A DNA stretch of 64,000 bases from Verrucomicrobiia bacterium (GCA_026646655.1 JAPKHT010000006.1:4183-68182); one strand, 5' to 3'. Positions 36,971-45,713 are shown, counted from the stretch's first letter. Made by a program: numbers and translations. The notes: generated from the letters alone by a model not told the origin.

Positions 36971-37163
36971 GGGCCATCTCCCGGGCCACCGCCCGTTCGA
37001 TATCTTCCGCACTCCACGCGGGGTGTTGCTGCCTGAGCGCCGCCAGACGCGTCTCCCGCGCCGTCTTGAGCAGGCCGCGCGCGACGCCCCACTTCTCGGA
37101 GGGACTCATCTCCCGGAATCGCCGGATCTGAATCGGGTGCAACGGTTCTAGGTCCACCGTCAC
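36957..37163 (-). CDS. small helical protein (about 68 aa), candidate antitoxin/partner of the NTase
   Basis: VTVDLEPLHPIQIRRFREMSPSEKWGVARGLLKTARETRLAALRQQHPAWSAEDIERAVAREMARART. It is the C-terminal tail of shadow ORF 36957..38168. Starts: GTG 37163, GTG 37157 or ATG 37109. Confidence 0.5.
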   Translation of the reverse strand: MTVDLEPLHPIQIRRFREMSPSEKWGVARGLLKTARETRLAALRQQHPAWSAEDIERAVAREMARART

Positions 37164-37258
37164 CAGCCTACCACCCGAGGGCCGCGATGTCAGCGGCAAC
37201 CCTTGATCCCGATCGGCCCCCGGAGGCCCGGGAGGGCCCGCGCCTCGCGGGCCGCGCC

Positions 37259-38056
37259 TCAGCCGCCCGCCGGCGGGGCCGACGCTCCAGGCGAAGGCCC
37301 ACCGCCCGCCGGAGCCAGTTGCCGCGCGGCCATTCCGTCCAGCCACGCCTGGTAGTCCTCCGCGGCATCCACGTACAGCCAGGCCTTCATGCTGTAGTGT
37401 CCCGCCCCGCAGAGCTGTCCGCACACGACCTCGTACTCGCCCTCCCGGATCGGCTTGAACCAGATCGGCACGCTCGTTCCCGGGATCGCGTCCTGCGCGA
37501 TCCGCATGTGCGGCAGCGCAAAATTGTGGATCACGTCCCGCGAGCTGATGTGGGCGATCGCCTGCCGGCCCGCGGGAAGGTGCATCTCGTTGATCGTCAG
37601 CAGGTCGTCCCTCGCGTCGGGATCGCCCCTGTCCAGCCCGATCGGGTTCTGGGCGTCGATGAGCCCCGGATCCTGCCGCCCGAATTTGCCGTCCTTGCCG
37701 GGATAATGAAAATTCCAGCCGAACTGCTGCGCGATGACACGGACCACCACGGCGTCCCGGTCCGACGGCATCTCGTTCACCCGCGCCGACCACAGCGGGA
37801 AAGCGAAGGCGATCAGCAGGAACGCCTCCACGATCACCACCGAGATCTCCGCGTGCGTCGAGAAGTGCGATCGCATCCCATAGTAGCTCGCCTTGGGGTT
37901 CGCCCTCCGGTTGAACCGGATCAGGCAGTAGGCGAAGAACGCGCCCCAGAAGACGAAGAGCGCCAGCATGAACCAGTGCACCAGCTCCAGCATGTGGTCG
38001 ATCTGCGCCCCGTGCTCCGAGGCGTTCATCGGCAAACCCAGCAACCTGTTGATCAT
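37259..38056 (-). CDS. coxB: cytochrome c oxidase subunit II (CuA, no fused cytochrome c domain)
   Basis: ATG 38056 with GGAGGGAGGA RBS. Two N-terminal TM helices. CuA ligands in DVIHNFALP...VCGQLCGAGHYSM. Confidence 0.88.
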   Translation of the reverse strand: MINRLLGLPMNASEHGAQIDHMLELVHWFMLALFVFWGAFFAYCLIRFNRRANPKASYYGMRSHFSTHAEISVVIVEAFLLIAFAFPLWSARVNEMPSDRDAVVVRVIAQQFGWNFHYPGKDGKFGRQDPGLIDAQNPIGLDRGDPDARDDLLTINEMHLPAGRQAIAHISSRDVIHNFALPHMRIAQDAIPGTSVPIWFKPIREGEYEVVCGQLCGAGHYSMKAWLYVDAAEDYQAWLDGMAARQLAPAGGGPSPGASAPPAGG

Positions 38057-38283
38057 CGTCCTCCCTCCGCCGCGACCCGACGGGCGCGCATCGCCAGGTA
38101 GACCATGAAGGCCGCGAACGCCGCCAGCACGCAGGCCACCAGACCCAGCAGGAACAGGATCGCCCCACCCGCCGCCTCGCTCACCGGCTGCCCCTTGCCC
38201 CCGAAACACACCGCGCACGCCTCGAGGCCGCCCGGCGCCAGCAGGCCCGCCCCAATCGCCACCGCAAGTTGCTTTCGCGCCAT
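38053..38283 (-). CDS. small membrane protein with signal-like N-terminus, CxxC and C-terminal TM anchor
   Basis: MARKQLAVAIGAGLLAPGGLEACAVCFGGKGQ...ILFLLGLVACVLAAFAAFMVYLAM. Its stop overlaps the coxB start (ATGA). Confidence 0.5.
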   Translation of the reverse strand: MARKQLAVAIGAGLLAPGGLEACAVCFGGKGQPVSEAAGGAILFLLGLVACVLAAFAAFMVYLAMRARRVAAEGGR

Positions 38284-38288
38284 CCCGC

Positions 38289-38489
38289 TCACTCCAGATC
38301 CAGGTTCTTGGACTTCTTGAAGAACCACGCCTCGTATCCCGCGAGCGCCAGCGCCACCGCCGCCGAGCCGATCGCGTACCCGAGCCCGGAGCCGGTCTCC
38401 CGATACTGCCCCCAGCTCCACCAGCAGAACCACCCGGCCAGCAGCAGCGCGGCGTTCACGAACACCAGATGAAAATACTTGAGCGACAT
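38289..38489 (-). CDS. small two-TM membrane protein (66 aa)
   Basis: MSLKYFHLVFVNAALLLAGWFCWWSWGQY...GYAIGSAAVALALAGYEAWFFKK. Tightly packed between coxD and the CxxC ORF. Confidence 0.5.
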   Translation of the reverse strand: MSLKYFHLVFVNAALLLAGWFCWWSWGQYRETGSGLGYAIGSAAVALALAGYEAWFFKKSKNLDLE

Positions 38490-38490
38490 A

Positions 38491-38835
38491 TCACTGCGTC
38501 CCGGAAACCGGATCCTTGAGCGCGAAGATCGAGAGCACCACGAGCGCGAAAAAGAACACCACCGTGAATGCCATGAACCGGTGCACCATGACCTTCTCGT
38601 GCAGCAGGTGCATGAAGATCGACGCCACCAGCCCGGCCTTGACCACGGCGATCAGCAGCGCGATGAACACGTGCCCCGCCACCCCGATCGGCAGGTACGA
38701 GGCCAGCACGGTCACCACCGTAAGCGCCAGCAGGTACAGGAATACCTGGATGTAGTGGTGCGACCAACCGTGGGCCAAGATCGCCCTGGCGCCCTCCCAA
38801 AAGCCCCTCTTCTCAACCGCCGGCACCTCAGCCAT
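38491..38835 (-). CDS. cytochrome c oxidase subunit IV (prokaryotic CoxD/CtaF-like)
   Basis: ATG 38835 with AGGAGG. HYIQVFLYLLALTVVTV...HVFIALLIAVVKAGLVASIFMHL...FFFALVVL: the typical 3-TM subunit IV pattern. Confidence 0.7.
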   Translation of the reverse strand: MAEVPAVEKRGFWEGARAILAHGWSHHYIQVFLYLLALTVVTVLASYLPIGVAGHVFIALLIAVVKAGLVASIFMHLLHEKVMVHRFMAFTVVFFFALVVLSIFALKDPVSGTQ

Positions 38836-38843
38836 CGCGCCTC

Positions 38844-39743
38844 CTACAGCAGATACAACACCGGAAACAGGAAGATCCACACCAGGTCCACAAAATGCCA
38901 GAAGAGCCCGCCCACCTCGACGCGGTTCGCGAGATGCTCCGGATCCACATGGAACATCTTGGCCCCGGGCATCCAGAAATAGAACAGCACGACCATCCCC
39001 CCGAGCACGTGCAGGGCGTGCAGCCCCGTGAGGGTGAAGTAGATGGCGTAATAGGTGCTGTACTTTGGGGCAAACACCCCCCAACGCGCGACATCCGCCA
39101 GCGCGATCCGCAGCGACGCCCCGTGGCCGCCCGCCCCCGCCACCTCGTGCTTCGCCTCCCCGCCGTGACCATCGCCGCCGCCATGGGCCGCGCCCTTGTG
39201 CGCCGCGTCCGGGACGAACTCGATCACCCCCGCGCCCGCCTCGCCGACGCGATGCCCAGAAATCTCGAAATGCGGCGTCCGGCCCGGCCTCGCGCCGTGC
39301 CCATCCGTGTTCGTCTTGATCTTCGCGCCAAGCGCCCTCAGCTCGGGCTCATACTTTCGGAACGACGCCTCGTCCCGGAAGACCACACCGTGGTGCGTGA
39401 ACTTGTCGCGGTACTCGATCGACTTGATCACCATGAACCCGCACCCGCACGCCAGCGTCGCCCCCATCCAGACCCGGAATTGCCCGAAATCCCTCATCTT
39501 GAGCGACACCCACGCCAGCACCATCGTGATGCTCGAGGTGATCAGCACGAACGTGTTGGTCAAGCCCAACGGCACGTTGAGCACGTGGTGCGGCCAGTAA
39601 TCCGCGCCCATCCTCAGGAAGATGTACGCGGAGAAAAGTCCGCCGAACAGCATCACCTCAGAGGCGAGGAACAGCCAGATGCCGACCTTGGCGTTCCACA
39701 GGCCCGTGTCGGGCCGAGCGTGGACGGTGTAGGGTATCTCCAT
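38844..39743 (-). CDS. coxC: cytochrome c oxidase subunit III with a large internal insertion
   Basis: ATG 39743. WLFLASEVMLFGGLFSAYIF, IKSIEY, YYAIYFTLTGLHALHVLGG, WHFVDLVW. About 115 extra residues lie between IEYRDK and YSTYY. Confidence 0.85.
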   Translation of the reverse strand: MEIPYTVHARPDTGLWNAKVGIWLFLASEVMLFGGLFSAYIFLRMGADYWPHHVLNVPLGLTNTFVLITSSITMVLAWVSLKMRDFGQFRVWMGATLACGCGFMVIKSIEYRDKFTHHGVVFRDEASFRKYEPELRALGAKIKTNTDGHGARPGRTPHFEISGHRVGEAGAGVIEFVPDAAHKGAAHGGGDGHGGEAKHEVAGAGGHGASLRIALADVARWGVFAPKYSTYYAIYFTLTGLHALHVLGGMVVLFYFWMPGAKMFHVDPEHLANRVEVGGLFWHFVDLVWIFLFPVLYLL

Positions 39744-39751
39744 GCCCACCC

Positions 39752-41584
39752 CTAGCGGGGCCCCTCCCACTGCGGCGCAAAATCCCGCTCGTGCCCGGGC
39801 ACGCTGTACTCGTAAGGCCCGCGCCCCACTTCGATCGGGCGCTCGAAATTCCCGTGCGGGGGCGGCGTCGGCGTCGCCCACTCCAGCGTCGTCGCCTCCC
39901 ACGGGTTATCCCCCACCCGCTCGCCCCTCCAGATGCTCGCGAACACGTTGATGATGAATGGCAGCTGCGCCGCCGCCAGCACGAACGCGGAAATCGACAT
40001 GAACTCGTTCCAGTGGATCACGGCCTTTGCCAGCTCGTACGTCGGGCTCTCAAACGTCCCGCCCCCGTCATACCACCTCCGGTGCACGCCCGCCATGCCC
40101 TGCAGGAACATCGGCAGGAAAATCCCATTCATGCAGATCAGCGATGGCCAGAAGTGCACCTTCCCCCAGAATTCGCTCATCCGCCGCCCCGTGACCTTCG
40201 GGTACCAGTGATATATCCCGGCGAAGAGCGCGAAGATCGTGCCCGGCGCCACCACGTAGTGAAAATGCCCGATCACGTAGTAGGTGTCGTGCAGCGCCAG
40301 GTCGATGGCGCTGAAGGCCAGCGGCAGCCCCGTCAGTCCCCCGAGCCCGAACATCGGAATGAACGCCGCCGCAAACAGCATAGGCGTCGTGAACCGGATC
40401 GACCCTCCCCACAGCGAGATAAGAAGCGCCGTCAGGATGATCACCGAGGGCACCGAGATCAGCACCGTCGTGGTCTGGAAGAACGTGCTCACCCTCGCCC
40501 CCATCCCGGTCAGGTACATGTGGTGCGCCCACACCACGAAGGACAGAAACCCGACCGCGATCGAGGCGAACACCAGCGACCTGTACCCCCAGATCGGCTT
40601 GCGGCTGTTCACCGCGATCACCTCGCACACGATCCCCATCGCCGGAAGGATCAGCACGTACACCTCCGGATGCCCGAGAAACCAGAACAGGTGCTGCCAG
40701 AGGATCGGGCTCCCCCCGCCGCTCGCCTCAAGCAACTTGCCCCCCACGTACAGGCCCGATGGCACGAAGAAACTCGTGCCCGCCAACCGGTCCATCAGTT
40801 GCATGACGCCCGCCGCCTCCAGCGGCGGGAATGCCAGCAACAGCAGGAATGCGGTCACGAGCTGGGCCCACACGAAAAACGGCATCCGCATCCACGACAT
40901 GCCCTTCGCCCGGAGCTGGATGATCGTCGTGATAAAGTTCACCGAGCCCAACAGCGACGAGGTGATCAGCAGCACCATCGCGATCAGCCACAGCGTCTGC
41001 CCGTTGAATACCGGGTGAAATGCCACCGTCGGCGCCAGCGCCTGCGTGTCCGCCACGTTCGCCAGCGGCGAATACGACGTCCACCCCGATTTCGCGGAAC
41101 CCCCCGGCACGAAGAAACTCGCCAGCATCAGCACCCCGCCCCAAAAGTACGCGTGGTAGCTCGCCATGTTGATCCGCGGAAACGCCATGTCGGGCGCGCC
41201 GATCTGAAGCGGCACCACGTAGTTGCCGAACGCGCCAAAGGCCAGCGGGACCACGCCCAGGAATATCATGATCGTCCCGTGCATCGCCCCGAAACTGTTG
41301 TACAGGTCCGGCGACATGACCCCGCCCGGCAAGAACGGATGCTGCGGCGAAAACAGCTTCCCCACCACGGGCAACGGCTGCCCCGGATAGGCCAGTTGCC
41401 AGCGCATCGCCAGCATCAGGAAGAACCCAAACAGCAGAAACACCAGCGCGGTGAGCCCGTACTGCACCCCGATCACCTTGTGATCGGTCGAGAATATGTA
41501 ACTCGCCCACACCGACTGCCGGGCGTGCGCGCCCCCGCCACCGCCCGACCCGTGCGCCGCCGCCATCGTGCTCGATCCAGACAT
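39752..41584 (-). CDS. coxA: cytochrome c oxidase subunit I (heme-copper oxidase)
   Basis: STDHKVIGVQY, FWFLGHPEVYVLILP, VWAHHMYLTGMG, YYVIGHFHYV. Start ATG 41584 (alternatives 41566, 41626). Confidence 0.93.
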   Translation of the reverse strand: MSGSSTMAAAHGSGGGGGAHARQSVWASYIFSTDHKVIGVQYGLTALVFLLFGFFLMLAMRWQLAYPGQPLPVVGKLFSPQHPFLPGGVMSPDLYNSFGAMHGTIMIFLGVVPLAFGAFGNYVVPLQIGAPDMAFPRINMASYHAYFWGGVLMLASFFVPGGSAKSGWTSYSPLANVADTQALAPTVAFHPVFNGQTLWLIAMVLLITSSLLGSVNFITTIIQLRAKGMSWMRMPFFVWAQLVTAFLLLLAFPPLEAAGVMQLMDRLAGTSFFVPSGLYVGGKLLEASGGGSPILWQHLFWFLGHPEVYVLILPAMGIVCEVIAVNSRKPIWGYRSLVFASIAVGFLSFVVWAHHMYLTGMGARVSTFFQTTTVLISVPSVIILTALLISLWGGSIRFTTPMLFAAAFIPMFGLGGLTGLPLAFSAIDLALHDTYYVIGHFHYVVAPGTIFALFAGIYHWYPKVTGRRMSEFWGKVHFWPSLICMNGIFLPMFLQGMAGVHRRWYDGGGTFESPTYELAKAVIHWNEFMSISAFVLAAAQLPFIINVFASIWRGERVGDNPWEATTLEWATPTPPPHGNFERPIEVGRGPYEYSVPGHERDFAPQWEGPR

Positions 41585-41921
41585 GCGAATGACGCAACAC
41601 TCTGCCCATATTGATATTCGCGGCAAATGAATTATTAGGCCCTCTTTGATACGTAAACCGTTAATCTAATTAATGGGCCCATCCCCGGCCCCGTTTTGGG
41701 GGCCGCCGCCGGGGATGGAAATGTGGCCCTCCTGGTGATGGATGGGCCCGGGCGCTCAGCCACCGCGCCCCGGTCTGGCGACCGTCGCCGCACCCGGAAT
41801 TCTCGGGCCAAATCCCGCTCTCGAGCCAGCCCGACCGCGGCGAACACATTTTTCTCGCCCCTGGCCGCGCCAACGACATCATGCCAATGGGCATCAACCG
41901 GAACAAGAAAGGGAGGAGACC

Positions 41922-42824
41922 ATGAATTATCACATCATAGGCGGCGATGGCCAGGAGTACGGCCCAGTTTCCGATGCGACGATCCGCGAGTGGATTGCCG
42001 ACGGTCGGCTGGACCACGATTCCAAGATCAGGCCCGAGGGCGCCTTGGAGTGGGGCACGGTGGGTGATTCTCCCGAGTTCTCGCCCGCCCTGGCACCCGG
42101 CGAACCCGCGCCCCGGGGCGCTGCGGGCACCGTCGATATCGGCGCCTGCGTCTCAGAGGGATTCTCGCTGTTCGGCAAGCACTGGCTGAACCTGGTGCTC
42201 GCCTGCCTGATCTTCATTGCCATCTCTATCGCGGCGGGACTGGTCACCAGCGTCTTGTCGACGCCCTTCACCGTCACCCTACAGGCCATCGCGAAGGGCG
42301 CGGAACCGGACCTCGCCCAGATCGCCTGGCAGGTGCCGCTCTATCTGATCTGCTTGCTCATCAACATCGCGTTCACGACGCTGCTCTACGCCGGCGGTTT
42401 CCGTTTCTTGACCCGGATCGCCCGCGGCTACGAGCCCGCCATTCCGGATCTCTTCGCCGCATTCCGGGAACGGACGGTCGCCGTCATGCTCACCGGTCTC
42501 CTGTCCGCGCTCGTTTGCCTCGCGGGATACCTGCTCTGCATCCTGCCCGGTATCTATCTTCAGGTCGGATACATCTATGCGCCGCTCATCGCCCTCGAGA
42601 AGAACGTCGGCGTGTGGGAGGCCATGGAGACCAGCCGACGAATGATCCACCCCCAGTGGTGGCAGATGCTCGTGCTCGTCATCCTCATGGTCGTATTCTG
42701 CCTCGCCGGGGTGATCCTCTGCGGCGTCGGCATCCTCGCGGCATACCCCATCTGCGGCCTGATGTTCGCGAAGGCCTACTGCGACCTATTCAACAAGGCG
42801 CGCGCCGGCACAGCCGCCCGATAG
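41922..42824 (+). CDS. GYF_2 (DUF4339) domain protein with C-terminal polytopic membrane domain
   Basis: ATG 41922 with GGGAGGAG RBS. MNYHIIGGDGQEYGPVSDATIREWIADGRLDHDSKIRPEG...W, followed by about 5 TM segments. Confidence 0.7.
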   Translation: MNYHIIGGDGQEYGPVSDATIREWIADGRLDHDSKIRPEGALEWGTVGDSPEFSPALAPGEPAPRGAAGTVDIGACVSEGFSLFGKHWLNLVLACLIFIAISIAAGLVTSVLSTPFTVTLQAIAKGAEPDLAQIAWQVPLYLICLLINIAFTTLLYAGGFRFLTRIARGYEPAIPDLFAAFRERTVAVMLTGLLSALVCLAGYLLCILPGIYLQVGYIYAPLIALEKNVGVWEAMETSRRMIHPQWWQMLVLVILMVVFCLAGVILCGVGILAAYPICGLMFAKAYCDLFNKARAGTAAR

Positions 42825-42836
42825 CCCGCCCGGCCC

Positions 42837-42866
42837 AAAAAAAAGCGCCCGCCGAGGCGGGCGCTT
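42837..42866 (-). terminator. rho-independent terminator (for the minus-strand gene 42893..43270; possibly bidirectional)
   Basis: 10-bp GC-rich stem AAGCGCCCGC / GCGGGCGCTT with CGAG loop. The A8 run on the plus strand gives a T8 tail on the minus strand. Confidence 0.7.
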
Positions 42867-42892
42867 AACTATTGAGGAATCCGCAACCGGAA

Positions 42893-43270
42893 TTACTCGG
42901 TGCCGCCCTTCTTCTTCTTGCCACCGCCCTTGGCCGCCGCGGTGTTCCCGTTGATGCTCATGGCCGCGTCACCCTTCTTGTTGGGCACGACCACGACGCG
43001 CAGGCCCTCGGTGAGATCGGCCAGGGTCTTGTCGGCCTTGTCGATCTTGATCTTGGTCTTTTCGCTGATCGTGAAGGTCTTCGCCTCGCCGCCCTTCGCC
43101 TCGACCGTCACGGTCTTCGCAGAGGCATCGACCGACTTGACCACGCCCATCACGGCATTCGCGGGGGGCCCCTTCTTCTTCTCCCCACCCGTAGCGTCTT
43201 GAGAGAATGCCGACAGAGGGAGCAGGGCCGCAAGAGCCAGCGCGGCACCGGTGAAATACGCCATCTTCAT
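42893..43270 (-). CDS. small secreted Lys-rich protein
   Basis: 125 aa. Signal peptide MKMAYFTGAALALAALLPLSAFS, then a beta-rich core (VMGVVKSVDASAKTVTVEAKGGEAKTFTISEKTKI) and a KGGGKKKKGG tail. Confidence 0.6.
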   Translation of the reverse strand: MKMAYFTGAALALAALLPLSAFSQDATGGEKKKGPPANAVMGVVKSVDASAKTVTVEAKGGEAKTFTISEKTKIKIDKADKTLADLTEGLRVVVVPNKKGDAAMSINGNTAAAKGGGKKKKGGTE

Positions 43271-43394
43271 ACCGTTCTTACCTTATTCTCAACTTTTAAG
43301 ATCGGAGATTGTTGGAAGACCCGATGGCGCACCCGACCTTCGCGCGCCCCAGGGAAATCTTGCGTGTTCCAGAGTATCGTGTCGGAGATTAGTG

Positions 43395-45713
43395 TCATCC
43401 TGGGTCGCCGTCAAGATGGCCCGGACCCTCGACCATCTCGCCCCCCAAGATGGCGCCGGCTCGGCTGAGCTGGGCCAGCGTTCCAAAAAGGACCAGCGAG
43501 TCCCCCACCTCGGCCACGGTGCCGGGATCGGGGTTCAGCCGATTCTCGCCGGCCCGGACCAGCCCCACGACCGACACCCCCGCCTCGGCCCGCAAATTCA
43601 CTTCGCTCAGCGTCCGCCCAACCGCGGGCGAGTAGTCGGTCAGTCTGATGGTCCAGACCTCCGAGCCCGATAGCCTGTCCCGCGCGCGCGCCTTTTCGAA
43701 AAACGCCGCCGCCCTATCCAGATCCTCGCCCCCTCCCACCACGAGCACGTGATCTTCGGGGAACAGGACCGATTCCGCCGCCGGATTGACCAGCTCGAAG
43801 CCGGAGCGGCGGATGCTCAGCACCGTGGCCCCCGTCTCCTCGCGGACCCGCAATTGCCGCAGGCTCTGCCCCACGACCTGCGAGTCGGGGAGGACGATCA
43901 GTTCGCGGATGCGTGCCTGCAAGGGATAGCGATCCTCCAGCAGCTGCCGGACCTCGCGCCGCGCCAGCGTGCTGAGGTCCGTCGCCTGATCGAGCGACGA
44001 TTCGATCGCCGTTTCGACCCGGTGGTGCATCTGGACCATCTTGCGCCACAGGAGACCCGAGAGCGCCATCCCGCCGAGAACCAGCCCGGCCGTCACCGGC
44101 CAGGGCGGCAGAAACGGCTGCGAGAGCATCAGCAGCCACCCCACGATCAGCAGGCCCGCAAATCCCGAGAACGCCCCACCCACCGCCTTTTCCAGGAGCC
44201 CACGCCCAGCCCCGGCCGCGCCCCGCGGCACCGCCATCTCGGATAGCACCATCGCGAGAACCCCGATGTTGCGCCATGCGGCGACGCCGATCGGCACGCA
44301 TGCCAGCAGCGCCACCACCCACGCCACCATGTCGGGAGCCAAGTTGCCGCCCGCCGCCAAGAACCGCGAGACGCCCGCCCGTATCGTCGGCACCGCCGCG
44401 ACGACCGCGCTCATCGCACCGACCTCGCCCGCCAGCATCAGCAAGGGCCGCCGCAGCACCCTCCACCACCGCCGCGGGTGCCTCGGCGCCCATGACTCGG
44501 CGATGCGCGATTCGTAGAGGGCCAAAAAGGTCCTCAGGGGCGCCGGCATCAGCGCATCCGCCCCATCGGCCAACCTGTCGATGCCCCGCACCACCAGCGG
44601 GGACCACCCGGCGCTGATCACGCAGACGCCCAGGATCATCGGATGGAGCGCCCCCGGGACCAGGCCCTCCGCCGCTGCCGCCGCCGCAAGAATGAAGGAG
44701 AACTCCCCGAGGTTCGTCATGGCCAGCCCCGCGCGCAGGCAGCGCTTCCAGTGGAAACCTGTCACCACGCCGCCCGCCGTCACCGCAGCGACCTTTGCCA
44801 GCGCAAACACCGCCGCCACCGCCGCAACCTCCCACGCGTGCGCCACGAACAGCCCCGCGTCGAACAGCACGCCGATCGAGACAAAGAACAGCGCCGCGAA
44901 GAACTCCCGCATCGGTTCCAGGCGGCGCACCAGCCACTCCCGCGCGAGGCTCTCCGCCGCGATCATCCCCATCACAAACGCCCCGAGGGCCCCGGAGTAG
45001 CCCAATTTCGTCGCCAGGAGCGCAAATCCAAAGCACAGCCCGAAGGTCACGATCACCAGCGCCTCGTGGTGGTGCGCCCGATACAGGCTGTTCATGAGCC
45101 GGGGCACCGCAAGAAGCCCGCCGACAATGGCCGCCGCCAGAAACACCAGAATCCCCCAGCCCAAGCCCCACAACCCCGCCCAGTCGGGCGGCAGCCCCCT
45201 TCCGGCCGCCGTCAGCACCACCAGCATCACGATCACGACGAGATCCTCCATGATCGCCAGGCCCATCGCCATCCGCGCAAACGGACGGCCCCCGAGCCCC
45301 GCCTCGCCGACGCTCTTCGACAGAATGATCGTTGAACACGGCACCAGCATCGCCCCCAAGAACAGCGACGCCACCGGCCCCCAGCCCAGCACCCGCCCCA
45401 CGGAGGCGCCGACCAGGAACATCACCGCCGCCTCCGCCAGACCGCACAGGACCGCCCTCGCCCCCAGTTGCTTCAACCGGTAGAGCCGGAACTCCATCCC
45501 GATGTTAAAGACCAGAAAGACGATCCCCACGTCCGCCAGGGCGCGCACGGTCCGGATGTCGTGAATCGGCACCCCAAGGCACCCGGGGAACACGCCGGGG
45601 CTCAACAGGATGCCCGCCACAAGATAGCCCAGGACGAACGGAAACCTCAGGCGGTGAAAAAGCACCGCCACGGCGCCGGCCACGGTCATCACGACCGCGA
45701 TGTCTCTCACCAT
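43395..45713 (-). CDS. monovalent cation:proton antiporter (CPA2/Kef-type) with two C-terminal TrkA_C (RCK_C) domains
   Basis: MVRDIAVVMTVAGAVAVLFHRLRFPFVLGYLVAGILLSP, about 12 TM segments, and a C-terminus with two copies of ...G(Q/R)(S/T)L..(L/V).(V/L)R...G..V..(I/L)R.. The ORF track begins at TTG 45737; ATG 45713 is preferred. Confidence 0.85.
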   Translation of the reverse strand: MVRDIAVVMTVAGAVAVLFHRLRFPFVLGYLVAGILLSPGVFPGCLGVPIHDIRTVRALADVGIVFLVFNIGMEFRLYRLKQLGARAVLCGLAEAAVMFLVGASVGRVLGWGPVASLFLGAMLVPCSTIILSKSVGEAGLGGRPFARMAMGLAIMEDLVVIVMLVVLTAAGRGLPPDWAGLWGLGWGILVFLAAAIVGGLLAVPRLMNSLYRAHHHEALVIVTFGLCFGFALLATKLGYSGALGAFVMGMIAAESLAREWLVRRLEPMREFFAALFFVSIGVLFDAGLFVAHAWEVAAVAAVFALAKVAAVTAGGVVTGFHWKRCLRAGLAMTNLGEFSFILAAAAAAEGLVPGALHPMILGVCVISAGWSPLVVRGIDRLADGADALMPAPLRTFLALYESRIAESWAPRHPRRWWRVLRRPLLMLAGEVGAMSAVVAAVPTIRAGVSRFLAAGGNLAPDMVAWVVALLACVPIGVAAWRNIGVLAMVLSEMAVPRGAAGAGRGLLEKAVGGAFSGFAGLLIVGWLLMLSQPFLPPWPVTAGLVLGGMALSGLLWRKMVQMHHRVETAIESSLDQATDLSTLARREVRQLLEDRYPLQARIRELIVLPDSQVVGQSLRQLRVREETGATVLSIRRSGFELVNPAAESVLFPEDHVLVVGGGEDLDRAAAFFEKARARDRLSGSEVWTIRLTDYSPAVGRTLSEVNLRAEAGVSVVGLVRAGENRLNPDPGTVAEVGDSLVLFGTLAQLSRAGAILGGEMVEGPGHLDGDPG

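Noticed and set aside
41610-41680. FNR/CRP-type site (TTGAT-N4-ATCAA) in the cox promoter region
   Set aside because: Only TTGAT half-sites are present (TTGATATTCGCGGC, TTGATACGTAAACC). The second half does not match ATCAA.
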